A stretch of 64,000 bases of DNA from Felis catus (lineage: Eukaryota). The notes under the pieces were generated by a model. It saw only the letters and a list, made by a program, of their open reading frames with translations. It searched no databases and had not been told where the DNA came from. This document shows, piece after piece, positions 24,351 to 39,800 of this stretch (position 1 is the stretch's first letter; the number at the start of each line of letters is the position of its first letter). A program made the translations under genes and the position numbers. Location: the NCBI RefSeq assembly GCF_018350175.1, contig NC_058368.1:55058001-55122000 (forward strand), read 5' to 3'.

Positions 24351-27300
24351 CCCTAGCTATTGTCACAGTCATCCAACTTGAATATCAATTCATTAAGAGC
24401 AAGATCCCAGGTATGTGAGAATAGAACAGAAAGAAAAAAAAAAAGAGAGAGAAATCTTTTTAAACTGGAAGGGAAAGGGTAAATTCTGCTGTGATATAAT
24501 ATATACTGGCAGCAGAATAAAAAAGGAATATGTAGCCTTAGGCAGTACTGACCCCAAGAAAGACTTTGCTCCTTCATATGAATTGTCCAAACCTCTTGGC
24601 TTATAGGCATTTTTACATAATATCAGACAAAGGCAACTTTAAAAATAGTCACCCAGGCACTAATTTGTAAAATATGCTAGAGAGCCATATAGTGGTTATT
24701 TTGTAAATCAGCCTACATTTGTTCATTAGATTACCAACTATAATCTACTCACTTATTCGTGTTGATGAAATCTATTTTTTCCATGATAATGACCAATGTC
24801 AAGATATTTTTTTTAAATATATTTTCAAGGTTTTAAGAAGACAGAAAAAAATGCAAGTTTTGAATTAGAAATAATTAACTTGCCTCATATCTTAGAAAAA
24901 GTTTTGTCTTAGAGGAAAGGCTAAAATTGGTATTATGCACCCTTTTAAAAATTAACTCAAATACTGCCATTTCCAAAATTAGATTGGAAGGATTAAGATA
25001 CAGAGATATGAAAAATCAGCCTATCTTACAAGGCTGTCAGTGGAAACATTACAGAGTAAACAATAGAAATGTTTGCTTAGCTGTAAATATAATATTGAAG
25101 AAATCACCAACTTATGCATATTGTTACTATTAAAATCTCATACTCCGAGGGAAAAATATTTTCATCTGCATTCATCCTTTTCTTGCTCTAAACATAAACT
25201 GTTTTTAATTAGTGTAAAAACTAAGTATTGTGCTAATTAATCAGATAAAGGGGATTACATTTGGACCATCCATCAGTTTTAAAATGGGATTTGAATTAAA
25301 TCAGTTACTCTGGCAGACAATTTGTGAATGTATTCAATAAACCTCTTCTTAGGCATCTTTACCTTAGGAAACAAAATCTTCAAAAATAATTTTAAAGATC
25401 CTTCTTGAGCCTGACCTTAAACATGAGTTGTTGCTGATTCAATATGCCTTGAAAGACCTCTCTCTTCCTCTGTCTCTTCACCTAGTAATCTTTCCAGCAG
25501 TATAAACGTAATTGGAGGCTTTTATTAAATATTATTTTGCAAATTGGGACAAAGATTTCACAAAATCAGGAAAAGAAGCAAAATAAAACTAATTTCAAAT
25601 GAAATTAGTACAGAAAAAGATGCTGTGATTTTGCCTTGCTTTACTCTTGCCTCAGTTAAGCCATGAATTTGTCTTTGTTAGGTTTAGCAGTGGATGCAAA
25701 GAGGGGCACATGATCAATGACACAATTTACTGTGGTCATAAAATGAAAACAAATGTGTTTTATCAGACTTCCTCTTTGTAACTCAGTGGATTTATACTTA
25801 ATAATGCCATACGTCCTTTTAACTTGGAAAAAAATTTTTTGAATAAATAGGAATGAAAATGAAAATACTTTGGGATTGACAATTCGTTAACTTAAATATG
25901 TTTTCATATTTGAGTTCACATGCAGGAAAATAATGTATCTTTCAATATTTTATACAGGTTCCCAAATATTCCATTTTCTACATAAATTCCACAAGGGAAG
26001 GGAGTTTTCAGCCCTAACATATGCTGGTCAGGTTCACTAGTGGTTGTGGTCAGTATGCGTAGTAGTGGTATTCACTAGTAATAGATGGCTCAGTGTGAGT
26101 AAAGTATACTGCTTTGAAGCCTGTCTTACTGAGACCTGCCAGTGTGTAATTTCTTCCAAATAGCACACCCTTTGTGAGAATACTCAGCCAGTGAGGGTAC
26201 ACTCTCTCCTTCCTTCATCTTTTTGCTTCTTTATGGATGGGATAGAAGAAATCTTACCCTCTTAGAGTACTGCAGGCATCTTTTTCTCTGCTTTCTCTTC
26301 TTCCGTAGAGCCACTGTGCTTAGACCTACTCAGTCCAGGACTACCTTTCTGACTACTATCCAGTTCAGCAATAGGCATCAGAGTTACAGATGGTTTTTTT
26401 TGTTGAAACTTATTTCCTCTGACTTTGATGGTTGGTCTTTTTCTGAGTTGCGGTGATAAAATCTATTCAGTAAGTGAAGGGTAAAGAGATAACGACTAGA
26501 TATGAATTCTTAATTTGCTGGCCTTTTTTCTGAAAGCTGAGAAAATGTCTGCATGGGAGCCCAGCATTTTTGGATTAACTATCAAATGAACAAGTTGAGA
26601 ACCCTACATTGCAAATGTGGCTGCTGGATTAGTATGAAAGTCTTGGGTCTCAGAAGATCCAAATCTTATTTGCTAATTTTGAGTTATTGGACTGTTTTAC
26701 TCTGATACCCATCCATTATTCCTATAAAGTTTTGAATCAAATCTAAGGCAAAAATGGGGATGATTCTAACATGTATTAAATACCAAGAATTAACAGGTAG
26801 ACCTTTTAATATTTGTGCATTTTAGCAACTAGGATGATGGTTTCAACTGAAGCCAAAAGCTTTATCAGTGAATATTTCCCATGGTCATAGAGATACACTC
26901 TCATTCACTTTTGCAAAGAATGTGAATTGCTTTATTAAAAAAAGGTGGGAGGCAGGAAAAGAAAGGAAAGAAAGGAAAAGTCTGTTGTTACCTTCTCTTC
27001 ATCTGCTGGATAGTGAAAAAGATCTGAGTTTGTTAAATCAGTAAGAACCAATAGCTTACACTGATTAGTTAGACACTGGAGACTCGATTTGAATACTCAG
27101 AGCTAGTAGTCAAATTTTTATTTATCTTTATTTTTTATTTTATGTATTTATTTATTTTAGCGTTTTTCTTTTCTATGGCTTCTCTCCAAATGGCAACAAA
27201 GTATATGGAGGATGGGTGTGAACTTTATCACAAGGAGAAAAGAATGAACCACAAATTTATATAGAGTCCTCTGAATCCTTTTGTGCTATGGAGTAGCTGT

Positions 27301-27359
27301 TCAGGCCTGTCTCCAGATAAATGAAGTAGAATGGCCAAACCTGGGTTTTGGAGTTCAGA

Positions 27360-27860
27360 GAAATGCCAAAATCCTTAACAGTAATATACAGACCCTTTAA
27401 GATCTGTCCTTCCTCACGTCTTTGTCTTCATCTCCTTGTGCTCTCTCCTTTGCTCCTTGTGCTCCACCCACATCGGCCTCTTTGGTGTGCCTCTAATGCA
27501 CTGAGCATGCTCCACTTCAGAGTACTTTTATGTGCCTGTCCTTCTGCCTAGAATGTTCTTTCCCCAAATATCCTCATCGTCTTCAGTTCTTTGCTTTTGA
27601 ATCAGCTCCCAGTTGAATCCATTCCATTCCTCAACCCAATATTCCTCAACTCTCTATGTTAATTCATTGTATTTATCAACATATGATATATGACTATTCA
27701 TGTATCACTGTCCATTTCTCCCATACTAGAAGATACATTGTTTGTAAAAAGAATTATACGTGTTCATAAAATTCTGTATCACTAATACCTAGAGAAATCT
27801 CTGGCATCTTATGGTTTTCACTGAAAAAAATGTTGATTGGATGAATAAATATATGAATAA
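27360..27860 (+). mobile_element. L2 3' end relic
   Basis: ccttctgcctagaatgttcttcccc...tgttgattggatgaataaat, an L2-type terminus. Confidence 0.7.
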
Positions 27861-28427
27861 CTAAATAAAATTATTTTTCCATGCTGTTTTAAGTGGTCCC
27901 ATGTAAATGTTTTCTTATAGGCTAACAGTCTAGCTCTCAAATACCTGCAGTCAAATGCCATTTGCTTCCCCAATAGCCTTGAGCTCTACAAAAGGCTTGG
28001 AGTGGCCATGTGTAAACCAGTCTAACAAGTGTGTTACTTATGCTCATATGTAACTATAATATTACATTCTCTCATACCTTTTATAATCTCCTTTTGGAAT
28101 TTTCAAATCAGTATATGCTCTCCACTTCATATTTATCAAATGCTTCCATCCCAAATCCATATTAGATAGGTAAAGGTGGGAATTTCCATCTTATACATGT
28201 ATACCTCAAATATCTACTTATTGCAAGGTAGATGTGGTTAGAAGGTATACATGGAGAGCATAATGTCTTGCATTGTTATTGTCTGTAATTTTAACACTAA
28301 CGGCTAAGACATTTATAACTTACGAAATTGCACAATGTGAGCAACCAGCAAGGGCATTTCATTTTCCAGTTACAAAAAAAAAAATGATACATGATTTTTA
28401 GGTATTCATGTTATATTATTACTGTTA

Positions 28428-28640
28428 TTTTTTATTTTTTTTAATGTTTATTTATTTTTGAGAGAGAGAAAGAGTGTGAGCGGGGGAGAGTCAGAGAGAG
28501 AGGGAGACACAGAATCTGAAACAGGCTCCAGGGTCTGAGCTGTGAGCATAGAGCCTGATGTGGGGCTCAGACTCACTAACCATGAGATGATGACTCGACC
28601 CAAAGTCAGATGCTTAACCGACTGAGCCACCCAGGTACCA
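28428..28640 (-). mobile_element. Can-SINE
   Basis: gagggagacacagaatctgaaacaggctcc...gactgagccacccagg. Confidence 0.94.
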
Positions 28641-28899
28641 TTATTATTATTATTATTTTGAACATGTCTCAGTTTCCAGTTCTAAGGACAACAGTTACCT
28701 CAACTTTTCTCAAAACACTACTGCAGCCCAGGTAAGATTTTGATAAAGTGATGATATCTTTTAGAATATAAATAGTCAATGCTAGCTATCTGGTCTAGTC
28801 CTAGAACCCTCTATAGGGTTCTACTTCTAACTTGTGCTTTGATAAATTTACTCTGTTTAGTATTCTCCATCCAGAATTCTGGATCTACACAGAGCAGCT

Positions 28900-30070
28900 T
28901 ATGAAGGTGAATTTCCGATTAATTTAAAAACCTAAATTAGATATGAAAACTATAAAGTTAATAGAAGTATGATGTAGAAGAAACCCTTCATAAAGAAAAC
29001 TTCACTGTATCATGAAAAATCAACATGTCTAATTAAAATAAAGGAATTCTATTAAAAGAGCAAAACCCGAAGCAAAGATAACAAAGATGACCAACGGGAG
29101 AAAATGTTCAAAATGTCTAATAACATCAAAAAACTGAAACAATGAAAACACAAGGAATTTCCTGAAACTAACAGCTCATTAGAAAAGTAAACGAGGGGCG
29201 CCTGGGTGGCTCGGTCGGTTAAGCGTCCGACTTCGGCTCTGGTCATGATCTCACGGTCCGTGAGTTTGAGCCCCGCATCGGGCTCTGTGCTGACCGCTCA
29301 AAGCCTGGAGCCTGTTTCAGATTCTGTGTCTCCCTCTCTCTCTGCCCCTCCCCTGTTCATGCTCTGTCTCTCTCTGTCTCAAAAATAAATAAACGTTAAA
29401 AAAAATAAAAAAAAAAGTAAACGAAAGATACAAGCTAGTGACTTAAAGGGAAGAACCCTAAATCATTGCATCAATAAAAGAGGTACTCAGTAATTAGAAA
29501 TATGTATTTTAAGACAACCATGAATTTAGCAAAGAATAAAAGTCTGGATAATAATAAGCATTCTAGATACGGACCCAATGCACTACTCATCTGTATATAA
29601 TACTACTGTCTTTCAGGACAGCAAAGCTTATTCAAATTCACAATGCTCAAAACCTGGGAATGAACGAACCACTCTTGAATATGGACCACAGAAAAATTTT
29701 CATTGGCATCCAGTAAGGGAACATGTTTATGAACATTATCAAAGAGGATTTGTGTGTGTTTGTGTGTGTTTTAATTGTTGAGAGCTGAAGATAACTATAC
29801 CCCAAACTGAAGAACATGTAAATTCAATGTGAAGGATGCTTATGCAGGGGATGGAATGATGAAATAAATATACATATAGTAACATGGATATATTGTGAGA
29901 AAAACACTGTGCTTAGAAACATTTAAAATATGTGCACATAAAACAGTATTACATATTTTACAAAGATATGTAAGTGTATAAGGCTACACATCAATCGTGT
30001 TTTACATAGTTGCCTAAAACAGGAAGAGAGACTGGAAGTAGGAAATGGGGGTGAAGTAAAAGGTGACAGG
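28900..30070 (+). mobile_element. Ancient L1 (L1M/ME-like) fragments interrupted by a SINE
   Basis: aaaactataaagttaatagaag, attaaaataaaggaattc and similarity to L1 3' regions. Confidence 0.5.
29195..29412 (+). mobile_element. Can-SINE (young)
   Basis: Exact TSD aaaagtaaacga at 29183 and 29413. Confidence 0.96.
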
Positions 30071-31332
30071 AATCCGCGTTGTCAGTGGTATCTGACTCTG
30101 AACAGAAGCATATGGCTATTGTACCTAAGGTCCTCCAAATGTATTCTCAACATACACTTTATAAAGTAAAAGAAATAATGATCTATGGAGAAGGGAAGCA
30201 CTCAGCAAAGATGGCTGGCTCACCAAATGAACAGTTACGGAAATTCTATGCCAAAATTCTATAGCTGCCAGCCATTTGAAATATAAGGGTACACCTTATC
30301 CAGAGCGTGTCATCTTGGTAATAATTAGAAAAATCCTTAATTGCAAAAAATATTTTCTTCACTTTTTTTAAAAGAAACTTTTAAAATGAAAGCTGAATAT
30401 GGAATTCAAAAACACAAAACTTAGTTATTCCTTTAGTTCTCTCCTTACTGTGTTACTGCACTTGCTATAAAAATGTTTTGTTTAAGAAGAAGGAAAAGTG
30501 GTTTGGATCCAGAGACATTTTAATGCTAAGCAGAGAAAGCTCTTCTAAAGCAGCACATTAAAAAGCTGCAACAGGGGAAAGCCAGCTTCTAATTAATGAG
30601 CTTAAGGTAGGGGGTGGGGGGCTTGGAAATCAGCTACATAAAGACATACTTAAGCTTGCAGTCCTCAGAGAGAAAACAATCCTCATTAGTGACTAAATCA
30701 TTGGGTTTTGGAGTCAAAGTGCTTAGCGACCCAAGATAATTTAAATGTGAAAACATATTGCTTTGATAACCTAGGTTTCAATAATTAATCTCTAAGAAAT
30801 ATGCTTTGTGTACTTGCATATGTCGGAGAAAAGAAGGAGAAATGTCAATGTTTTAGGACACAAAAATATTTAAGCTTTTATTCCTGACACAATTGTAACA
30901 AACACTTGTGAAATTTCAATCTTGGGTTCTGGTCTTGTGCCAGAAGGTGGAGCCCTTCAGCTATCCCTTTGTGGTCCTGGAAAACTAGCAGGGGTGAACT
31001 CCTATCGTCATGCATATTATAATAACATGGTTTAATATTTGAAAATGATAATGGTAACTTCTAATATGTAAAGGTAAAATCCAGAGAGGAAAGGATTTTA
31101 CAAACAACAATACAAATGACATGACTTCTCTTTGGTTTCTTTGTCAAAACTAATATGCATGATACATCTATTATGTATTAATGTGTGATAAATATAATCA
31201 TGTATTAATATGAGAGTTAATTAAGTTAATATTTTAATAATTATAATTAGAAATTCTTGAAATGGTATATAAAGAACTATATAACTGCTGGTGCTGATTC
31301 CAAAGATGATTGCATTTAAAAAATACACAAGT

Positions 31333-31518
31333 GGGGGTGCCTGACTGGCTCAGTCAGTTGAGCGGCAGGCTCTTGATTTCAGCTCAGGTCATGATCCCCA
31401 GGTCGTGGGATTGAGCCCTGTGACGGGCTCTTCACTGAGCATGGAGCCTGCTCAGGATTCTCTCCCTCCCTTTGTCCCTCTCCCCTGCTCTATATCTAAA
31501 ATAAATAAATAACAAATA
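31333..31518 (+). mobile_element. Can-SINE
   Basis: TSD aaaaaatacacaagt / aaaaaataaacaagt. Confidence 0.93.
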
Positions 31519-31735
31519 AAAAAATAAACAAGTAAAGAAAGTGTATATCAGGAGATAAATGTTTACTGTGTATAAAGGATAGATGTCCTGCAAGGGTTTC
31601 CAATATTCCATGGCTTATCCACTGATTTTACATCTTGGAAATCAGAATACAAGTTGTTCTGTCTGTGCAAGGTCTACCAATAAGGGACCTATTAGGAATT
31701 GACATGAGTGTCATCAGTCAAGAATATCTCTGCCT

Positions 31736-31930
31736 GGGGTGCCTATTTGACTCATTCGGTAAAACCTCAGACTCTTCATTTCCACTTGGGTCATGTTCTC
31801 ACAGTTCATGAATTCGGGTCCCGCGGCAGGCTCTGCACTGGTAGTACAGAGGCTGCTTGGGATTTCTCTCTCTCTCTGCCCTTCGCTCTCTCCACTCCCT
31901 CTAAATAAATAAATAAACTTGAAAAACAAT
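31736..31930 (+). mobile_element. Can-SINE (diverged)
   Basis: TSD core tatctctgcct on both sides. Confidence 0.88.
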
Positions 31931-32094
31931 AGTATCTCTGCCTCAATTGCTCTTTAAGTTCATATTGAAAACTACCAAGCGTATAAAACATTTACTACAC
32001 TCATTTAAGAACACCTAAATCTAGGTTTTAATCTTTCAGCCAGAGTAGCAAGTCTTTATATTGTTATTACCAGAGCTCTTTGTTTATGCATTTC

Positions 32095-32490
32095 ATTTGT
32101 TTGATAGACTTTATTTTGGGGGACAGTTTTTGGTTCACACAGAAATTGAGTGTAAAGTACAGAATTTTCATGTAGTCTTCCTCTCCTACAGGAATAGCCT
32201 CCCATACCATCAGAGGATACGTTTGTTACTGGCAATGAACTAATATTGACACATCATTATCACCCACAGTCCATAGTTTACCTTAGGGTTCAGTCTTGGT
32301 GATACACATTCTATGGGTTTTGACACGTGTATAGTGACATGTATCCATCATTTCAGTATCCTACAGAATGGCTTCACTGCGCTAAAATTCACCTGTGTTC
32401 CACTTTTTCGTCTATCACTCCCTCCAAATCTCCAGCAACCACTGATCATTTTACTATTTCCATAGTTTTGCCTTTTACAGAATGCTTTAT
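32095..32490 (-). mobile_element. L1MC-like 3' end
   Basis: caatgaactaatattgacacatcattatcacccacagtccatagtttaccttagggttc. Confidence 0.8.
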
Positions 32491-32743
32491 ATTTGAATGC
32501 CTTATGTCAGCTTTTTCAGAGCTTATTAGGGCACATACATTGACTACATTACCAGAGATACATTACAGTACCAAAATTTTGCTATTTGAACCAGATAATA
32601 AATCAGAAAAAAATACAGAAAAAAATTCCAAAGGGAAAGGAATGATTTTTGATAATTTATTTAGGTCTCTAACAGGGCATAGAATCCTTAAGATACTATG
32701 AGGTTTTTTTTTAAGTATGATTATTATACATTTAAAAAATCTC

Positions 32744-32964
32744 GGGGCGCCTGGGTGGCGCAGTCGGTTAAGCGTCCGACTTCAGCCAGGTCACGATCTC
32801 GCGGTCCGTGAGTTCGAGCCCCGCGTCGGGCTCTGGGCTGATGGCTCGGAGCCTGGAGCCTGTTTCCCATTCTGTGTCTCCCTCTCTCTCTGCCCCTCCC
32901 CCGTTCATGCTCTGTCTCTCTCTGTCCCAAAAATAAATAAAAAACGTTGAAAAAAAATTAAAAA
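32744..32964 (+). mobile_element. Young SINEC_Fc-type Can-SINE
   Basis: All CpGs intact; TSD aaaaaatctc. Confidence 0.97.
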
Positions 32965-34299
32965 AAAAAATCTCATGAAATGTCAAGAAAGACATTCAGT
33001 CCAATATTGAAGAAATCATTGGCATACAATAGTTCTTAAATCACTGGAGGGATCACAAATAATAGTATGTGCAACTGATACCAAGAAAATGTGTTCAAAT
33101 TACTTGCTTTGCCATGCTGTCACTTCATACTAAGAAATAAATACACTGAAAATCATGGTAAGTTTGCAAAGCGGTAAAATTCCAACAGATAGCTGCTGTT
33201 TTGACCTTTTTAATAGGTTGTTTGAGCACAAAAATGATAGTATTAGTTTCATCATTTTAACTCTGCATTGGGGAAAAAATATATGCTCAAATTTTACTCT
33301 AGTTTAATGTGTTGTCAACATATATTCATTAAGGAATACATGCTAGGCCTTTAATACGTTATTCTTAAATAAATTCGTATTTTAAATACCCACCTAAATG
33401 TGAGCTATGTTCGAAAATTTCATTGGAGAAACGTTACAAATATATATTTCCCTTTTCACTATTTAAACCAATTTCCAGACAAACACTTCTGTGCATTTTT
33501 ATGAATTGGGAACATTATAGAGAGTTAAAATACACTTTAATCAAGGAAGATCTGTTTGCTTCTCAGAGATGGTCCAATAAGTTGTAGTAGAGTGTGGGTT
33601 CCCTTTTCCAGTGTAAATATTTGATTTTATTCAATAGCTAAATTATTAAGCTAAGAGTCAAACACTATGTCTAATTTTTAAAGAAAGCAAACTTACAAAT
33701 AAAGTGTTGCCACAGTATTGAGCAACTTGATTAATGCAACATCAATAGGAGATAGGGAAAGTGGAATTTAAAATCAGATCTGTCTTTACTATTATGTATA
33801 TTGCTTTCCAATCAGTATTTATCTGGACTTCAAGATATGGATTCATGCTAATTAGTGTAAATGAGACTGATATAGATATCACAATACAATTGATAGAATT
33901 TAAAAAGGAAGATATTTCTTTCCACAGCCTGAATAATGACTTTTATCTATCCAAGTACCACTTCCTTTAAAAGTCTACAATAGGAAGGAATACAGAGAAA
34001 ATGGTAACTTACTGTGTATCCATGTTATATTATATGCTAAAAATTCAGTACACTAAAAATATTCAACATCATAAGAGAATGAATCTTACATTATCCTTGC
34101 GTTCCAAACACCCATGACTTATCAAATACATGGGTTTCAGCTTGCAGTCACACAGTGCTCCCCCCTTTTGATGTATTGCCAAATTCAAGTGAGATCCCAC
34201 GTAGATATAGGTCATGTAGTAGATAGGCTACAAAGACAGCCTTTATTAGTGTTTTTTCTACCTCTACATACATACCAATCACCTCAGGAGGTGAATCTA

Positions 34300-34636
34300 C
34301 TTCCTTTCCCCTTTAAAAATAGTTGCTGCTCTAACAAAATCCTAATCCAAGTGGTATTGGCTCTGGGATTGAACAGTAAGCAAAATCCAGAAAGACAGCA
34401 AGAAGATTCTCAGAAAGACAGCAAGAAACAGGAAATTCAGTGAGAAAACTGATATTGGAGACTGAAAAAAAGCAGGCATGTTATGTTTTGGTAGAAACAC
34501 TGGCAAAGCTGTTGACTGTGTTACATGCATGATAGAAAATATACCCAATAGATTTGAGAGCCTAGTAAACATATTTTAAGGCATAATTTTCAAGGTGCTA
34601 GTTGGTTTATACATGCTCCCCATGATATGATATACT

Positions 34637-34667
<31 letters not shown>

Positions 34668-35950
34668 AGAGAGAGAAAGTGATGAACTAATGATGGGCTG
34701 TTCAGTTTTCCAGCAGAATTTGGGGGAAATATTTCAAATCCAACATTTTTAAGTTAGAAAATAAAATCTTTTGTCATCCCCTACTCTTCTGACAAGAAAA
34801 TTTTCTTAAAGTGAGAAATAGCATTAAGATAAATACCAGTCCATAGTATTTCTAGTAAAATGTGGCTTCAGGGTGAAGAGAAAACTACAAGTTTCGGCTG
34901 CAAGTCTCTTATTACAATCTTTGAAAGATTGGTGCTCTATGATCCCTTGCAGCTAAACAAAATGAATTCTAAGAATCTTAAGGGGCATTGTCCCAAAGCA
35001 GCCTTTCCTGCTTTCAGTAGAAGGATGTCTGTCTCAGATGGAATTAAGAATGAGTCTTTAGGGGCATGGAGTCAATTACACTGTTACTTATTAAAACCAA
35101 CAATGTTTTTAAGAGAATTGTATTGGTGAAAGAATCAACAATCTGGAATAAAAGAGGCAAGATTGTAAAAGAAAAGAGAAATGTGGGCTTTTTCTTTTTA
35201 AGGGCAGTGTAACTAAGAAGCTAAGAAACCTATTCAGTTGTAAACGCAGGCTATTTTTCATCAAGACAGAAGAAAGAGTAAACTCAAAAGGCAGAGAGAA
35301 GCTCTCAGAAGGTAGTGCTAAAAGCTGTGGAAAATACTCCCAGGGAGAGAAACTAGGCCTTAATTGAAGAACATTTCCTGTTCCAGGAGTAGGATTCTCT
35401 AACAAAATATACACAATTAGATTTCAAAACTTTCTTGGAACAGTGGCTGTTACGTGCTTTTATGTCCTACCTGTTTGGAGTTTCTGTGATTATTTTTTTC
35501 TGTTCTCGTCTCATCATTATATTTCGGGTTGTAGGGTAAGGGGAGAAGATTTTTTTTTGTACACATATATTTAGATTTAGAAAAACCTCAGGTAACTTAT
35601 CTTTTTAGTTCTGGAATAAGAATCCATTAACTGAGAAACAACTGAGAAGCTGCCTCTGAGGAAGGCCTCTCAGTGGGATCTGATATACATGATGTAATCC
35701 TGGCTTTGTGCTAATGCTAATTTTGGATAGATTTTGCAAGAGGTGGGTGTGTATTTTACATATTTCTAGTCCAGTTCATTCCTGTCATCAGTTGATACAG
35801 TAGAGAGAAAAACTGCTATCTGCCATCATGTGGAACAGAACTGCCCAGCACAGCACTATGTGAATTTCTGTCCCACGAAATCACGAGAAAGAATATATTC
35901 TTGTTCTAAACTACACTATTGGAACTATTATGCAGGAATGGATGCCTGAC
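34300..35950 (+). mobile_element. MaLR internal-like sequence ending in an MLT1-like LTR terminus
   Basis: Resembles MLT-int (gagaaaactgatattggagactg...tgttatgttttggtagaaacactggcaaagctgtt); LTR-type end around 35840-35950. Confidence 0.5.
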
Positions 35951-36775
35951 ACAGAGCAAGATATCATTGATCTCTTGTAGCAAAGTTATTATATAGATAA
36001 CCATGGACAGTTCTAATGGTTAGGTATTGTAGATATATTAAAATCACTGTTACAAATATGAGAATCAATTGAAAATGAGCAATTTTTATTTAAAAAATGG
36101 AAGCCTGTGCATTACACAGAAGTTAGTAAAATTTAAATTTTACCTCAGATTTTGGATCAAATTAGAATAATGTATTGGGCCTGAAGAATTTTGCATGACA
36201 CATTTTTTATTTTGTTTTTGTTTTTGTTTTCATAAAGGTACATAGATCTCTCTCAGATCACCTGGTGTTTTTGTCACAGGCAAGCATCATGGCCATGAAA
36301 TAATGATATGGTGTTCATATGAGAGAAAAAATAGAATTCAATTGTTAATTTTAGAATTGTATTATTTTAATCATACTTATTTAATCAGATTTTAATATAT
36401 TTTATTATGAAGTCTCATCATCTTGTTCATCTACTTGTAGTCCTCTTTTATTTGTTGAAATGTATAGGATACATGAAAATTACTTGTCACATGAAAAGGC
36501 CCTTTATGGTTGCTATGAGTCTATCATAACTATCTTACCAGTTCATTGAGAAAGCAATACTATTATAAAGCTCTTAATTTAATTCATGAAACTGAGCAAA
36601 ATGCATTTTTAACATCTTTTCCTTTGTATTACTTATTTTTATTATTCATCTGAGAAATAGTCAAAATAAGCAAAAATGTTTTGTGTAACTCAGATGGAGG
36701 GGCAGAATTAGACTTTGTATAGGTAGCAATTCTTGAACTAAGCACACCTTCACTTGCATGGATAATTGCTGAGAT

Positions 36776-36781
<6 letters not shown>

Positions 36782-36818
<37 letters not shown>
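36782..36818. repeat. (TG)n microsatellite
   Basis: Directly visible. Confidence 0.95.
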
Positions 36819-36821
<3 letters not shown>

Positions 36822-39800
36822 CGTATATATATACATGTATATATATTAACCCTGTAATTTTTATTTTATAGGGTTACTTATTGAAAATAACTGCATTAAT
36901 ATTTTAAATGGATACAAAACAGATTTTAAGAAAACAGTGATAAAATAAAATGTGAAAAATGTTAACAGTACTTTAAAGATTCCTTATTTACCACATTTTT
37001 AGGTCTATTTCTGCTGAAAGTGACAGAAAACTAACTTGAACCGATTTAGTCCACAAAAGAATTGATTGCAAAGCAATGGAAAAATCTTTGGGAGTAATTC
37101 TGAATTCAGATATGGATTTAAATTGTGTCATCAAGACTTGATTTCTCTCTACATTTTGCTCTGTCATCCTCTCTGTTGCCTTCACACTCATGTTCTCCAA
37201 GATACTGAGAGTAAATCTGTACCAGAAAGCAGTGAGTGCACCTGGAATGTTCATTAGATTCACTTAAGGAAATCTTAATCCTTAGCTAAATCCATCACCT
37301 CATATTCGTTCTTAGTTAGTCTGCAGTGAACTTACACATCCATATTTTCAAAAGCTCTTCAAGTGCTTGTGACAATGAGAGTTCTCCTCTTCTCTCAATA
37401 GAGGAGCAGCCTTAGGTGCAGATCTCAATGCACTCGATTGAATCAGAACCCAACCTTAAACCAATCATTTTAGGCCACTCTCAGGACTATCAGGCCAATC
37501 AAGAATGGGCCACCAGTTTGCTAGCAATTGGGACAATTCCATCAAAAGTACATGTAGAGAGTCAGTTGTAGAAAGTGGTACATAAAGAAAGTTAGGGTAA
37601 TATTTTGACAAAAAGATGACAGGATACCGATAGCAAAAGCAGCAAGGTATCTATCCAACATAGATGAAAAATTTAATATACTTGTTGATGACTTTTCTAA
37701 TATTTGGTGAACCATGATACAAGAAATTAGAATGTGAGAATACTTTAAAAAGTAATATTTCACTGTAAGTTATAGTAAGGTGTTTTCTGTGTGTCATACA
37801 AATTTCCCAGATGTAGGCATTATATTTTAAATATAGCAAATAAAATATATAAATATGAACATTTATGTCATATATGCTATGAGTTATTATTATTATTTAT
37901 TATTATTATTATTACAATAACCAAGAACTTTTTCTTCCCACTAGGTACAAATTATTCTACAACTAAAAACTATGTATCTTTAATAGAAGATAAATATATG
38001 AATGAGATAAAAATTATATCAAAATTATACCCTCCTAAATTCAGACAGTGAAGGAAAGATTCTGATATACATATCAGGATCTTATCCTTTATGTATATTC
38101 TCCTTCATTAAGAAATATAATATGTCATTTCACAATGTACTTGGATATCTGATGCTCACTTAAATCTCAAAAACTCAGATACCACTGTGAAACACCATTA
38201 AGTAAATAGACCACAATTATCAGAGAAATTGAGGTTACATACAGCAAATCACACAGAAAGAGAAAGAAGTTGGCTTACTTTAATTTAACAGACTCTCAAG
38301 TATTAATAGTACCTGTCAACAACAGAGAAGATGCTTTCCGGGAAGCAGGAGTTGCAAGTTCCCTGTTAATTCATTTATTGATCTATGACCTAATGAATAG
38401 AGGATAATTAAATGAAACTCTTTGTGAACACCTATTGCACTAATGTGAACCACAGCATTCATTTGTTAGTTATTGTTTGGGGGGTTTTTTTTGGTTGTAA
38501 TTACAATAACCGGTTAACATGAAGAAAAATGAATTTATCGAAAAGACAGTGGGCTATGCCAAGAAATTAGAAGAAATAACTCAAAGGCAGAAAAGAAACT
38601 TAGAAACTTCAGGAGCATCAGCACAGAATTTCGCTGACCTTCTCTCTAATGAATATCCTTGCTGTGCTAAATGTAGCTCAGCTACTAGCAACATCTGCAC
38701 TACCTGAGTGCTTATAAGAGAGACAAAACTGTGTGCTGTATTGTAGACCAGAATCTGTGTTTTAACAGGTTCCTCAGTTAGCCTTATGCACAAAGATTGA
38801 GAAGCACTTCGATTAATGTGGCCCAATCCCGTAATAAATCTCTATCTCTCTGTTCCAAATTCGAAGGTATAGGAGGCAAAATCTGATCAACCTGCCTCTA
38901 GTTGAATGTCAAAAGCTGTATCAGATATTTAGTAGGGATTGGTCACACAGCACAAACACTGGCTCTTAGATTCTCTTGTCATACCAGTGTGTTGACTCAA
39001 CGGGTACATTAGTTCATAAGTGCAGAATCACTCCCTTGCCTTTTGACAGGTGTGAATATGATATGAACAGGGAACTTAAAAATAAGGAAAAGCAGGAAAG
39101 TATGAATTTGCAAAAAATAATTGCAGAAATAAGTTATGTGAAACAAGGGTTAGAATCCATAACATTTCAAAAGAAAAATATATTAATAAATTTTAATTAA
39201 GATTGAAAATCTCCTTACAAATCATCAATGAAGAATTTAAAGACATGCTTATTGAGGGACAAGAGAAAACATTTACTGTGTAGTTATCTGGGGATACTTG
39301 GGAATATGATCCATGAGTAGGTAAAGAAAAGCTGGGTTTAAAAATCACAAAGGTTGAGAAGATGTATTATTCAACATTGATCTCTATTTCAGAAAAGAGA
39401 TAACTTCTTAGGCACTGATTCTTAATAATTTAATAATTGTATTATTTCTGAATGCTGTAGTAAATATATGAAAAACTTAGGGAGAATGACCTTCAAGTTA
39501 CATTGTTAAGAAAGCATGCCACAGTCCATTTGTGTAGTATATATTTTATGTGTGCAACTAAATGTACAAATGCACATACATACTTATATATGCACACAAG
39601 ACTATAATTATATACGTAAACATGTATTTATGAAAATATATTAATGTATTTGTATGCCTGTACTCGTATATATGTGTATATGTGTATGCACACTGCGTAA
39701 AATATGCATGTATATGTATATTTGTATGTTAGTGTGTATGTCTGTATCTTTGGAATTATTTAAATACTAGTAAGAAAAATTGGGGTGAGAGTGGGGTGAT

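Noticed and set aside
28802..28823. Inverted repeat tagaaccct-ctat-agggttcta
   Set aside because: A 9-bp stem is expected by chance in 64 kb.
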